Part shown: piece by piece, positions 10,330-22,873 of the stretch
Layout: each line of letters starts with the position of its first letter
Position numbering within the stretch: position 1 is the stretch's first letter
Assembly (NCBI GenBank): GCA_002269645.1
Contig: NIVC01000239.1
Location: 126,531 to 190,530 of the forward strand
Reading direction: 5' to 3'
DNA: 64,000 nt
DNA from: Macrostomum lignano
Taxonomy: Eukaryota
Translations under genes and position numbers: made by a program
The notes under the pieces: generated by a model
What the model was told of the DNA's origin: nothing
What the model saw: the letters and a program-made list of their open reading frames with translations, nothing else
Database searches by the model: none

Positions 10330-13300
10330 GTTGGCGTCTTCAATCGAACAGTGTCCAAAGTGGATAGATTCCTGGCTAATGAGGCCAAAGGCACTCAAGT
10401 GGTTGGTGCCCATTCGTTGGAGGAGTTCGTCAAGTTATTGAAAAAACCGCGCGCTGTCATGTTGCTGGTGCAGGCTGGCAAGCCTGTTGACGACTTTATT
10501 GATAGCTTGGTAAGCAGTTCCGATTCTTTACAGGGCTACATCTACCTCTTGTCTATCTGAGCGGGTCTTTACAGGCTACATCTACCCCTTGTCTATCTGA
10601 GCGGGTCTTTACAGGCTACATCTACCCCTTGACTATCTGAGCGGGTCTTTAGAGGCTACATCTACCCCTTGACTATCTGAGCGGGTCTTTACAGGCTACA
10701 TCTACCCCTTGTCTATCTGAGCGGGTCTTTACAGGCTACATCTACCCCTTGTCTATCTGAGCGGGTCTTTAGAGGCTACATCTACCCCTTGACTATCTGA
10801 GCGGGTCTTTACAGGCTACATCTACCCCTTGTCTATCTGAGCGGGTCTTTACAGGCTACATCTACCCCTTGACTTTCTGAGCGGGTCTTTACTGGCTACA
10901 TCTACCCCTTGTCTATCTGAGCGGGTCTTTACAGGCTACATCTACCCCTTGACTATCTGAGCGGGTCTTTACAGGCTACATCTACCCTTGTCTATCTGAG
11001 CGGGTCTTTACAGGCTACATCTACCCCTTGTCTATCTGAGCGGGTCTTTACAGGCTACATCTACCCCTTGTCTATCTGAGCGGGTCTTTAGAGGCTACAT
11101 CTACCCCTTGTCTATCTGAGCGGGTCTTTACAGGCTACATCTACCCCTTGTCTATCTGAGTGGGTCTTTACAGGCTACAGCTATTACTTGTCTATCTGAG
11201 TGGGTCTTTACAGGCTACAGCTATTACTTGTCTATCTGAGTGGGTCTTTACAGGCTACAGCTATTACTTGTCTATCTGAGGGATTCTTTACAGGCTACAG
11301 CTATTACTTGTCTATCTGAGCGATTCTTTACAGGCTACAGCTATTACTTGTCTATCTGAGCGATTCTTTACAGGCTACAGCTATTACTTGTCTATCTGAG
11401 CGATTCTTTACAGGCTACAGCTATTACTTGTCTATCTGAGCGATTCCTTTTATAGCTGCTTTATATACCTTTACTATCTGGGTTTTTATCAAGTAATCTT
11501 TAATTGCTTTAATTTTTACCCGCATTAAATAAGATTAAATATAAAATTCGTTAACTTTTCAGATTCCTTTGCTAGATAAAGGCGATATCATCATTGATGG
11601 CGGCAACTCTGAGTTCGATGACTCTACTGTACGTTGCTAAGATATCAATTTATAATTTTATGCCTATAAATTTTCCTAAAATGTCCGTCTCTCTGTCTTA
11701 ATAAAATATTTATAGCGACGTTTCGAGCGCTGCCAAGCCGCCGGTCTGCTATTTGTCGGCTCCGGTGTGTCCGGCGGCGAGGAGGGCGCCAGACACGGCC
11801 CCTCGCTGATGCCCGGCGGTCATCCGGACGCCTGGCCGAGAATTCGGCCAATCTTCCAGGCCGTGTGCGCTAAAGTGGACGGCCAGCCCTGCTGCGACTG
11901 GGTCGGCGAGGGCGGCGCCGGACACTTCGTTAAGATGGTTAGTCGGACTGGTTAAGGCTCTGTTGAGATCTGTGTCTGAGTGCAGGGGTCTGTGTGTCTG
12001 AGTGCAGGGGGTCTGTATGTATGACTGCTAGGTCTGTGTTTGTCTGAGTGCTGGGTCTGTGTTTGTGTGAGTGCTAGGTCTGTGTTTGTGTGAGTGCTGG
12101 GTCTGTGTTTGTCTGAGTGCTGGGTCTGTGTTTGTCTGAGTGCTGGGTCTGTGTTTGTCTGAGTGCTGGGTCTGTGTTTGTCTGAGTGCTGGGTCTGTGT
12201 TTGTCTGAGTGCTGGATCTGTGTTTGTCTGAGTGCTAGGTCTGTGTTTGTCTGAGTGCTAGGTCTGTGTTTGTCTGAGTGCTAGGTCTGTGTTTGTGTGA
12301 GTGCTGGGTCTGTGTTTGTCTGAGTGCTGGGTCTGTGTTTGTGTGAGTGCTAGGTCTGTGTTTGTGTGAGTGCTGGGTCTGTGTTTGTCTGAGTGCTGGG
12401 TCTGTGTTTGTCTGAGTGCTGGGTCTGTGTTTGTCTGAGTGCTGGGTCTGTGTTTGTCTGAGTGCTGGGTCTGTGTTTGTCTGAGTGCTGGATCTGTGTT
12501 TGTCTGAGTGCTAGGTCTGTGTTTGTCTGAGTGCTAGGTCTGTGTTTGTCTGAGTGCTAGGTCTGTGTTTGTCTGAGTGCTAGGTCTTTGCTGGGTCTGG
12601 TTCACCTGGATGCTCAGATAGTGCTGGTCCAGTGTGACTTGGGTGCTCAGATAGTGCTGGTTCAGTGTGACTTGGGTGCTCAGATAGTGCTGGTTCAGTG
12701 TGACTTGGGTGCTCAGATAGTGCTGGTTCAGTGTGACTTGGGTGCTCAGATAGTGCTGGCAGTGCTAGTCCTGTGTACTTATTGACACAAGTGTAGGTTC
12801 GAAAAAAATTCCAACCTCATCAGGTACACAACGGCATTGAGTATGGTGACATGCAGCTCATCTGCGAAGCTTACCACCTGATGAAGGAGGTCTGCGGGCT
12901 CAGCAACGACGAAATGGCCGATGTGTTCACCCGTTGGAACAATGGCGATCTGAATTCGTTTCTGATTGAGATCACGGCCGACATTCTGCGGCATCGTGAC
13001 GATGACGGCAAGCACACCGTGGACAAGATTCTGGACTGTGCCGGACAAAAGGGAACTGGTCAGTGGGGCTGGTCTTCTAATCTCTGGGGTGATTTGCTAA
13101 TCGCTGGGGAGATTTTCTACTCGCTGGGGCGATTTTCTAATCGCTGGGGCGATTTTCTAATCGCTGAAGCGAATTTCCAATTGCTGAGGCGATTTTTCTA
13201 ATTGCTGAGGCGATTCTTCTAATTGCTGAGGCGATTTTTCCAATTGCTGAGGCGGTTTTTTAATATTGCGCTGCCCGAAGCGATTTACACTGAGAATCCT

Positions 13301-13984
13301 CGCCACCCGTCCCGCGCAGGCAAGTGGACAGTTGTCACCAGTCTGCACGCGGGCACACCGTTGACACTCATCGCCGAGGCCGTCTTCGCTCGCCACCTGA
13401 GCCGCTATAAGGCCGAACGACAGCGCGCGGCCGCCACCCTGCCCGGACCATCCGCTGCACCTCCTCGGCCAGCTGATCCGGCCGCGTTCATCGAAGACAT
13501 TCACCAGGCGCTGTACGCCTCCAAGATTGTCAGCTACGCCCAGGGCTACATGCTGATGCAGACGCAATCAGCTCAGACTGGCTGGAAGCTAAACCTAGGC
13601 GGCATCGCTTTGATGTGGCGCGGAGGCTGCATTATTCGCAGCCAGTTCCTTGGCCGCATCAAGACCGCATTCGAGCGCAATCCCGAGCTGGATAGTCTGC
13701 TGCTCGATCCATTCTTCTCAGGCGTCATGCGCCAGGCTAACGACGGCTGGCGCCGCTGTCTGGCCGCGGCCGTCACCGCCGGCGTGCCCTGTCCGGCGTT
13801 CTCGGCCGCGCTCAGCTTCTACGACGGCTTCCGCTGCGGCCGGCTGCCGGCCAGCCTGTTGCAGGCGCAACGCGACTATTTTGGCGCTCACCAGTACGAG
13901 CTGATGGACCAGCCTGGCAAGTTCGTGCACACCAACTGGACCGGCCGGGGCGGCCAGGTGGCCTCGTCCACCTATCAGGCTTGA
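10330..13984 (+). CDS. PGD: 6-phosphogluconate dehydrogenase, decarboxylating (5'-partial; first exon not in window)
   Basis: Exons 10330-10509, 11563-11628, 11716-11937, 12824-13058, 13320-13984 with GT-AG borders and consistent phases. Motifs [80 protein letters not shown]. Confidence 0.96.
10525..11446. repeat. 40-bp minisatellite CAGGCTACATCTACCCCTTGTCTATCTGAGCGGGTCTTTA in PGD intron
   Basis: ~23 tandem copies; variant unit toward the 3' end. Confidence 0.95.
11965..12765. repeat. 23-bp minisatellite TGGGTCTGTGTTTGTCTGAGTGC followed by a 33-bp minisatellite, in PGD intron
   Basis: Tandem copies; unit switches at ~12595. Confidence 0.93.
13075..13265. repeat. Short ~21-bp tandem repeat ATTGCTGAGGCGATTTTTCTA in PGD intron
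   Basis: ~9 degenerate copies. Confidence 0.85.
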
Positions 13985-14235
13985 GACACTCGCGTTGGCG
14001 GCTGGGTGTAAAACTACTGAGAATAGCGCTATCTGGTTGTCCGACGGGAGCTGTCTTTCGGCTTGAAACTGATAGGATCAGAGTTCGGAATTGTCTTTTT
14101 AATTTCCTCTTCTCTTTAGTTTTTTTAGTTTCTTTCCCGCACTTTTCATTTTTGGGGTCTGGGAATTCCACTTAGAAAGTGGGATACATGAAAATTCTTG
14201 CATACGAGTAATTAAAGGGAAGATCCGTTCTTATC

Positions 14236-15395
14236 AATGGAAAATTCCATTAGCACCGATGGAAAATTCCATATTAGCATCATTGGGAAATTCCATATTA
14301 GCACCGATGGAAAATTCCATATTAGCATCAATAGAAAATTCCATATTAGCATCAATGGAAAATTCCATTTTAGCATCAATGGAAAATTCCATATTAGCAT
14401 CAATGGAAAATTCCATATTAGCATCAATGGAAAATTCCATATTAGCATCAATGGAAAATTCCATATTAGCATCAATGGAAAATTCCATATTAGCATCAAT
14501 GGAAAATTCCATTAAATAACATCATTGGGAAATTCCTTTGGCATGATTGGGAAATTCCATTAGTATGATTGGGAATTCCATTAGTATCATTGGGAAATTC
14601 CATTAGCATGATTGGGAAATTCCTATAGCATCATTGGGAAATTCCATTAGCATGATTAGGAAATTCCTATAGCATCATTGGGAAATTCCATTAGCATGAT
14701 TGGGAAATTCCTATAGCATCATTGGGAAATTCCTATAGCATCATTGGGAGATTCCTATAGCATGATTGGGAAATTCCTATAGCATCATTGGGAAATTCCA
14801 TTAGCATGATTAGGAAATTCCTATAGCATCATTGGGAAATTCCTATAGCATCATTGGGAAATTCCTATAGCATCATTGGGAAATTCCATTAGCATCATTG
14901 GGAAATTCCTATAGCATCATTGGGAAATTCCTATAGCATCATTGGGAAATTCCTATAGCATCATTGGGAAATTCCTATAGCATCATTGGGAAATTCCTAT
15001 AGCATCATTGGGAAATTCCATTAGCATGATTAGGAAATTCCTATAGCATCATTGGGAAATTCCTATAGCATCATTGGGAAATTCCATTAGCATGATTGGG
15101 AAATTCCTATAGCATCATTGGGAAATTCCTATAGCATCATTGGGAAATTCCTATAGCATCATTGGGAAATTCCTATAGCATCATTGGGAAATTCCTATAG
15201 CATCATTGGGAAATTCCTATAGCATCATTGGGAAATTCCTATAGCATCATTGGGAGATTCCTATAGCATCATTGGGAAATTCCTATAGCATCATTGGGAA
15301 ATTCCTATAGCATCATTGGGAGATTCCTATAGCATCATTGGGAAATTCCTATAGCATCATTGGGAGATTCCATTAGCATGATTGGGAAATTCCTA
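14236..15395. repeat. 24-bp then 22-bp minisatellite with GGAAATTCC core (e.g. GGGAAATTCCTATAGCATCATT)
   Basis: Tandem copies downstream of PGD. Confidence 0.95.
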
Positions 15396-16734
15396 TATTC
15401 CATACACGCAATTACTTGCACAAAGATCAGGGATCAGATTGCATCTGGCAATACGTAGCGGTCATACTTGAGCATCGAGTTTTCTTTCTTGAGTGCTTTT
15501 TTAAGCTTCATATTTTTAATCTACCAACTTTAATAACGCCTTTTTAACCTGTTCTATATGACTAATTTTTTATTTATCGATAATATTACAGGTATTATTT
15601 GATATTAAAAAGAAATTAAAATTAGCTTTCATAAGTCCCTAAGTTTTTTGCCGCTTTTTAGTGGTTTAGGCTTAGGCAATTGCTTTCCCGTATTGATTTT
15701 GTAATGGCTAAATTTTCTAACGCTTAGTTGTAGAACCATGCTGAATTATAAATATTAAATTGTCAAGTCGCTTTACTTAGATTGAATTATTAGAAAAAAT
15801 ATTTTATTGTAATGTGTCTCGTAAATTGCATTCTATACATGTAATTTGTTAGCCACTATCAATCATTCTGCTATTTTTGTTTTAGGTTTGTTTAACTGCG
15901 CCATCTGTCCCCTCCCTAATGCTCCACTAGAGTTGATTTCGGTAAATCTGGTTGATATTAGTTGATCCTATAGAAACATTCTGCAATCTGTCTATTCAGT
16001 TTAACAAAAAGTCTCAATTGTTTTTTTTTGTTATCTATTGGAGTGTAGAAACGTTCAGGGGCGGAGTTGAGAGCGCTGATGTTTATTTGACAATTAGAAT
16101 TCGCTAGGCTGTTTGATTTAGCAAAAACGCATTATATATGTAGTCTGTAGGCATACTTTACCTTAGTGATTAGAAAGCCAAAACAGAGTTTATCAGCACT
16201 GGTTTCTGTTTTACTGTACTGTATCAATGATTTTCGATACGCAACTAAAAAAGCTATACGAAATATACAAAACTCTTCTAGAGATTTCGATAATTATTTT
16301 CGATTATTTAGTAAAGTTTAGTAAGAAAAAAATCTAACTTATTTATTGTTCATTTGAATTTTTGTTGTTATAATAAGATGCAAGTTAACTTTATTATTAA
16401 CAAAGGCTAGCGGTAGGGACCAGGTGTGGCCTAGAGACTTTATATGTCCATGTCAATATTGATATTAGTATTATATAATTATTGCTCTTTCAATTATAGA
16501 CTTCTGTTTACTTTTACACCTTAAATCATACCCAACATCTGCGGTGTTGAAATATTAGAAATCCTGGACCATCCCCTCATCCTGCAGTTGGCCAAGTTCA
16601 AATATTGAATGTCGCCCAGCCGCGGTGTCAGGCTCGTCACGGGTTTAAAGTTAATTGGACATTGGCAAACCGTATTGATTTGATTTTTCTAATGGCAGGC
16701 TGGGAATGTCCCGCACCGTCTGACTGATGGTCCT

Positions 16735-17016
16735 TTTCCTCTCACCTCTCCCTCTCACTCTCCCTCTTACTCTCACTCTCACTCTCCCTCTTACTCTCAC
16801 TCTTACTCTCACTTCTCACTCTCCCTCTCACTCTCCCTCTCACTCTGCCTCTCACTCTCACTCTCACTCTCCCTCTCACTCTGCCTCTCACTCTCCCTCT
16901 CACTCTGCCTCTCACTCTCCCTCTCACTCTGCCTCTCACTCTCACTCTCACTCTCACTCTGCCTCTCACTCCCACTCTCACTCTCACTCTGCCTCTCACT
17001 CTCCCTCTCACTCTGC

Positions 17017-17050
<34 letters not shown>

Positions 17051-17106
17051 GCCTCTCACTCTGCCTCTCACTCTGCCTCTCACTCTCACTCTCCCTCTCA
17101 CTCTCC

Positions 17107-17146
<40 letters not shown>

Positions 17147-17190
17147 GCCTCTCACTCTCACTCTGCCTCTCACTCTCCCTCTCACGCTGC

Positions 17191-17224
<34 letters not shown>

Positions 17225-17510
17225 ACCTCTCACTCCCACTCTCACTCTCACTCTGCCTCTCACTCTCCCTCTCACTCTGCCTCTCACTCTCACTCTCTCT
17301 CTCACTCTCACTCTACCTCTCACTCCCACTCTCACTCTCACTCTCCCTCTCACTCTCCCTCTCACTCTGCCTCTCACTCTCTCTTCCACCTCTCTCTAAC
17401 TCTCTATCTCTCGCTCTCGCTCTGCCTCTCAATCTCCCTCTCGCTCTCCCTCTCACTCTTACTCTCGCTGTCCTTCTCATTTCCCCTTCCCTCCCCTCCT
17501 TTCTCCCCTG
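16735..17510. repeat. CTCTCA-type hexamer microsatellite / CT-rich tract
   Basis: (CTCTCA)n with CTCTGC/CTCTCC variants. Confidence 0.95.
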
Positions 17511-18029
17511 TTTTCTCTTTTTCCCCCCTCCTCTGTAAATTTCATCTCTGAGGCCCTCATACTACCATATAGCTCTGTTGCCTGTTCCGCCGGCGCGGTA
17601 AACCTGTAGAGCTGCCTTGAACCCCTATGTCGGCTTGTGAGTCAAGCTTAGAGAAAGTTCACAATGCAGCCATTCCTGCACACAGAATAGAGGCGATGCA
17701 GGTGTGTAGCAACAGATCTTTTAGCTCGTGTCGTGAGCCTGGTCAGTCTCATGCTACGCAGGCGTGCTGAGGTTCTGGCTCCCTTCTAAAAACACGGACC
17801 CCATGAAAAATCGACACTATAACTGTACATTAAGACTAAATAAGGCTCTGAGAGTCACTCAGATGAAAAAGCTGTTAAAGCGTTGGCCGTCCACTTTGAT
17901 TTTATCAATGCGTCTGGGTGAAATCTCTATAAATTGGCTGTTTCTGAATATAATCGTGGATAGTCACTTCTGCAGTTGTGGCAGTCTGTTTTCTCAGCTT
18001 ATCGATTTTTTTGATTAGAGGCAGGGGGT

Positions 18030-18395
18030 TGTGTGCACCCTGGCGCACTTTAAGCGACATAGGCACACAACCGGCGAGAGGCATTACTGCCCATTCCGCC
18101 GACTCCCCTGAGCAGGCACACAAGCGCGCGGATACGTACGCAGGCACACAAGCGCGCGGATACGTACGCAGGCACACACTCACACAGGAGTGTACAGCGG
18201 CCCTAACTTTATATTATCGTTAGGCATGTACACTTCACTGCGCCTTGGGGGGTTGGCTCTCAAGGCCGTTAATTGCACGAGCAGAGCCAAGCCGAGATTC
18301 CAATTCAGCCCCAAATTAATGTGACTGCACTTGGAATCGAGCCTGAGTCGCTGGCACACCAGAGCAGCTGGGCTAACGCTGGGCTACGGCCCCCC
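18030..18395 (-). mobile_element. Possible tRNA-derived SINE-like repeat
   Basis: Minus strand from 18395 reads GGGGGCCGTAGCCCAGCGTTAG (A-box-like)...GGCTCGATTCC (B-box-like). The body at 18164-18261 resembles 60203-60285. Confidence 0.45.
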
Positions 18396-18693
18396 TTCAG
18401 CTTATCGATAGGGGGTTGAGTGAATTTTTAACCCTAGCCTATAAGCAGTTTGCAAACTGCATGTACATTTAGTAGGTACAGTACATGTACATGTGCATAG
18501 TGCTTATTGCGGTGGCGAATACAATGAGGCTTAAGCTTGGGTAAATGATGTAACACAAAGTTTTGGGTCGTCAATGAAAGCTATAATATTTTACGCTCGT
18601 GTATACCAAGAGTAAAGCGTCATGTTTTGAAGGGAGAATCGATCCAATATATCAGACAACCAAAGGACTCTCTCTCTCTCTCTCTCACCTACA

Positions 18694-19467
18694 ATGGATC
18701 GAACCATGCATTGGCTGCTTGACCAGCAGCTCTGCCGCAGTCCCAATGGCCACATACACGTGGGCCTGAGCTCCAGCAATCGGCGTCTGTTGCGACCGAA
18801 CGGACAGCCGGTGTTCCCGACCAACGGTTGCCTCGAGCCGGTGCTGATTAATGTGTACGACCTGCACTGGACCAACCGCATGACCAAGCGGCTTCGGCTG
18901 GCCGCCTACCACACCGGCCTGGAGGTCTACGGCGTTGAGATTGCCTACGGCGACTGCGGCGTCTACAGAATCAAGCCGAAAGACGTCAACTCAATGGAGT
19001 GCGATATGGTGTTTAAGAAGTCCGTGCAACTGGGCTGCACCGACTACAAGAGAGAAGACGTGCTTCTAATTAGCCAGTGGCTCGGTCAGACTTTGTTTAC
19101 CGGACGGATGTACGACTTGCTGCGACGGAACTGCAACCACTTCAGCGCTACGATGGGCAAGCTGCTGTGCCCGCAGGCCGAGTTTCCCAAGTGGATCAAC
19201 TCCCTGGCCAGCATTGGCGTCCGGCTGCCCTTTATTGAACGACGAGTTCGACGCTATCTCAGCGAATGCAGCGACGATGAAGACGGCGACGAGGCGGGAA
19301 AGAAGGCCGGAAACGAGTCGACGAACGCAACGACAATCGAAGAGGAAAAGGGCAACAAGCGGCGAGGCCTGAGGGAGATCTGTGCTAATCTGTCGCGATG
19401 CAGCAGCAGTGGACAGCAACAGGGCAATGCCGACCGTGTTGAATGCGACAAGAAGCAAAGCAAATAG
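18694..19467 (+). CDS. DeSI/PPPDE-family cysteine peptidase (DESI2-like), single exon, 257 aa
   Basis: VLINVYDL, YHTGLEVYG (catalytic His), YDLLRRNCNHFS (catalytic Cys), FPKWINSLASIG; acidic/low-complexity tail. Confidence 0.9.
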   Translation: MDRTMHWLLDQQLCRSPNGHIHVGLSSSNRRLLRPNGQPVFPTNGCLEPVLINVYDLHWTNRMTKRLRLAAYHTGLEVYGVEIAYGDCGVYRIKPKDVNSMECDMVFKKSVQLGCTDYKREDVLLISQWLGQTLFTGRMYDLLRRNCNHFSATMGKLLCPQAEFPKWINSLASIGVRLPFIERRVRRYLSECSDDEDGDEAGKKAGNESTNATTIEEEKGNKRRGLREICANLSRCSSSGQQQGNADRVECDKKQSK

Positions 19468-19884
19468 GGCCGGCAATTCTGCAGATTCTTCTGCTCGTAT
19501 GGAATCGAAACGAAATTAAGATTTGCCGAAACTTAATAAATCTAAGACTCGCATGGGTTTTAACGAGTTCGTTTAGTAAATGCATTTTAAATCCTATAAG
19601 ATCAGAGAGAAATGCATTATAAGAGAGAGACAATCAATTGTTTTATATTGCCATTTATATAGCGGGATAGCTATGCCAATTTTTATTAAGAATGTCTTTT
19701 ATCAACCCTTTTTCGCCATCGGTTCGCCATATTTTATAGATTTTCGCGTAAATATAAGCTTGATTTGGTGCAACATTTGCTTTCCCATTATATAATTTAA
19801 ATTAATGATAACCTGAATGAATGCATGTGCGGATCGTCAAACGCGTGTATGTACGCGAAATTTAGTGTAAATAGGACTTTCAAA

Positions 19885-20870
19885 TAGATGTCAAGGCTTA
19901 GTAGGGGAATTTCTGAGATGTCAAGACTTGCTGAGGGAATTTCTGAGATGTCAAGGCTTAGTAGGGGAATTTCTGAGATGTCAAGACTTGCTGAGGGAAT
20001 TGCTGAGATGTCAAGGCTTGCTTGGGGAATTGCTGAGATGTCAAGGCTTACTAGGGGAATTGCTGCGATGTCAAAGCTTACTATAGGGGAATTGCTGAGA
20101 TGTCAAGTCTTGCTGAGGCCGAGGGAATTGCTGAGATGTCAGGGCTTGCTGGGGGAATTGCTGAGATGTCAAGACTTGCTGAGGGAATTTCTGAGATGTC
20201 AAAACATGCTGAGGGAATTTCTGAGATGTCAAGACATGCTGAGGGAATTTCTGAGATGTCAAGACTTGCTGAGGGAATTTCTGAGATGTCAAAACATGCT
20301 GAGGGAATTTCTGAGATGTCAAGACATGCTGAGGGAATTTCTGAGATGTCAAGTCTTGCTGAGGCCGAGGGAATTGCTGAGATGTCAGGGCTTGCTGGGG
20401 GAATTGCTGAGATGTCAAGACTTGCTGAGGGAATTGCTGAGATGTCAAAACATGCTGAGGGAATTTCTGAGATGTCAAGACATGCTGAGGGAATTTCTGA
20501 GATGTCAAGACTTGCTGAGGGAATTTCTGAGATGTCAAAACATGCTGAGGGAATTGCTGAGATGTCAAGACTTGCTGAGGGAATTGCTGAGCTGTCAGGG
20601 TTGCTGTGGGAATTGCTGGGATATCAAGGCTTGCTGGGGGAATTGCTGAGATGTCAATAATTGCTGAGGGAATTGCTGAGATGTCAGGGCTTGCTGTGGG
20701 AATTGCTGGGATATCAAGGCTTGCTGGGGAATTGCTGAGATCTCAAGACTTGCTGAGGGAATTGCTGAGATGTCAGGGCTTGCTGTGGGAATTGCTGGGA
20801 TATCAAGGCTTGCTGGGGAATTGCTGAGATATCAAGGCTTAGGTGGGATCGCTGAGATGTCAAGGCTATA
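19885..20870. repeat. 30-bp minisatellite GAGGGAATTGCTGAGATGTCAAGACTTGCT
   Basis: ~32 tandem copies. Confidence 0.95.
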
Positions 20871-22873
20871 GGTCAGAAGCTATATAATACATGTACAGTT
20901 TAGTTTATTAAAAAAAAGTTTATTCCATTCTTTGTTGGCTGCTTGTTGCTGCTTGCTATGCTAATAATGGAGCGTACCCTTTTAAATTGCATATACCTGT
21001 AACTGCAGTACATACTTGTTCAATTTATAAATTCTTAAAAATATAATGTCACGGAACTAGCTAAATGATGTTGTCACTCTGTAGTAACTGGCCAAAGTTG
21101 TGTGCCGTGCAAAATACATGTAAATATAGAAGCAGTAGAGAGTGAGGAAAGGTGAAGATGGTTAGAATTTCGTTGTTTTTGGGAAATGTAGTAAACGTTC
21201 AAAAGCTAACGAAAAGCTAACATTAGCTTAACGACCAAACTAACGGAAAGACTAACGTTAAAGTCTAACGTAAACCTAATAACGAAAATTTGTTAGCTAT
21301 GTAACGTTTTTCTAACGTTATTTTAACGATAGACCTTGGACTAGGGAACAGCCTTCAAATGCTGGTTGACGAAATGTCTATGAACCGGCACTCCAGCTCA
21401 TGATCTCATGCATTCGTAGACCACGTCTCATCGTCTCAAGTCACAATTATCCTGTAAAATTGTCTTCTCAATAAAATATATGTAGCCTCATTTTGTTATT
21501 CCGTCAGCAATTTGTGTGGCATGTGTGAGCTAGGTATTCACTTTTCGAAGATCTATCTGACAAATTTCACCGCTAGTATGCGATGTGCATGTATATATAC
21601 GTACCAATGCTGCTGTGAGGAATGTCCTAGAAGTTCGAGCGCGAGTGCCTTAATTCGTCTACTGTCGATAATTGGCTTCACAAGTATACCGTACCAATTC
21701 CTTCACACCTTGGAAGTTGCGTCGGTTCTTCTGTTCTTATGTCAGCCTTCCGGAGGACCGGAGCGCTCGACTGTGTCTTCCATGCACAGCCCGGCCTCCA
21801 TGGACCTCACAAACTCTGCACTTGGGCTGTCCGGATAAAACGGTGGAGTTTTTTCTCTTAATGTTTTCTTAATTTAGACGTAAGTCTCGAGCTCGATCTC
21901 CGCTCTTCAAAATGGCTTTCAAATGCTGTTAATTATCGATTGTTCATCCAAAATGCAAAAAATAATGATGGTCCGAACGTCAAAACGAATAAACGAAGCT
22001 GACGCGGACATCTTCGCTAAAGTCGATTAAAGTTAATTATTCAATGCCCTGCAGCTGCACATGAGAGCGGATAGCATGTAAAAATTGTCATTTTCATTAA
22101 CTACAGTTTATATTAATAAAATCCCAGTAGTGTCTTCAGTAAAATTTGCTAAAAATCACAAAAATCGCAAAAGGAAACTTACCTTGGTTTTCACCTTGGA
22201 AACTTACTAAGCTTTAGGTTAACATACTCAAGGACCACTAGAAGAATCTTCTAGTGGTCCTTGAACATCTTCTTCTAGTGGTCCTTGAACATTACTCTCT
22301 AGGTTGTTGCAAACCGTCAGAAGTTTCTTTTGTTTAAATTAAACAAAATTTTTGTAATACGTATGGCAAGTTTCATTTAGATTAAAAAAGATTAAAAACC
22401 TTGTTCTTGCAGATCGAAGTCAGTGGTCAATGGTCAACTTGTTTTAAAACAATATAAGTAATTTGCTTTTAATCTTTTAAAAATCACGCAACGAAGGGGT
22501 TTTCGTAGAAATTGTTTAAACGGCCCACCTTGTCACGTTTTGTCGGATTAAGCTCCAAAATTAAGACCTACTTAGAATCATTCATTATTCGCAAATACAA
22601 AAGTACAGCGTAAAGAAATTTAGCTCTGAAATAAAAAACAGGTGTGTTCTACCCAGGAACTAGAAAGACGTGCTACTCAAACGTCAAAAGAAAGTACATT
22701 GATAGAAAACTATTAGTATTAGGACCAAAGTAGTAGAAAATTGGGGATTAGGCCTGTATAGGTCTAATTAAATAATGTTGGTAATATTTTTGCACAAGTT
22801 TAGAATGCTTTGAACTAGCAGCTCACACTAGTACATATTATTGTAATATTGTTATTGTTAAACTGATTAGATA

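Noticed and set aside
10525-11446. CRISPR-like appearance of the regular 28-40-bp arrays (also 32278, 38000, 53478)
   Set aside because: Head-to-tail units with no unique spacers, no cas genes, eukaryotic context
21730-21870. PKCRVCEVHG resembling the start of a DM domain (minus strand)
   Set aside because: Later Cys ligands absent, in-frame stops on both sides, no exon structure
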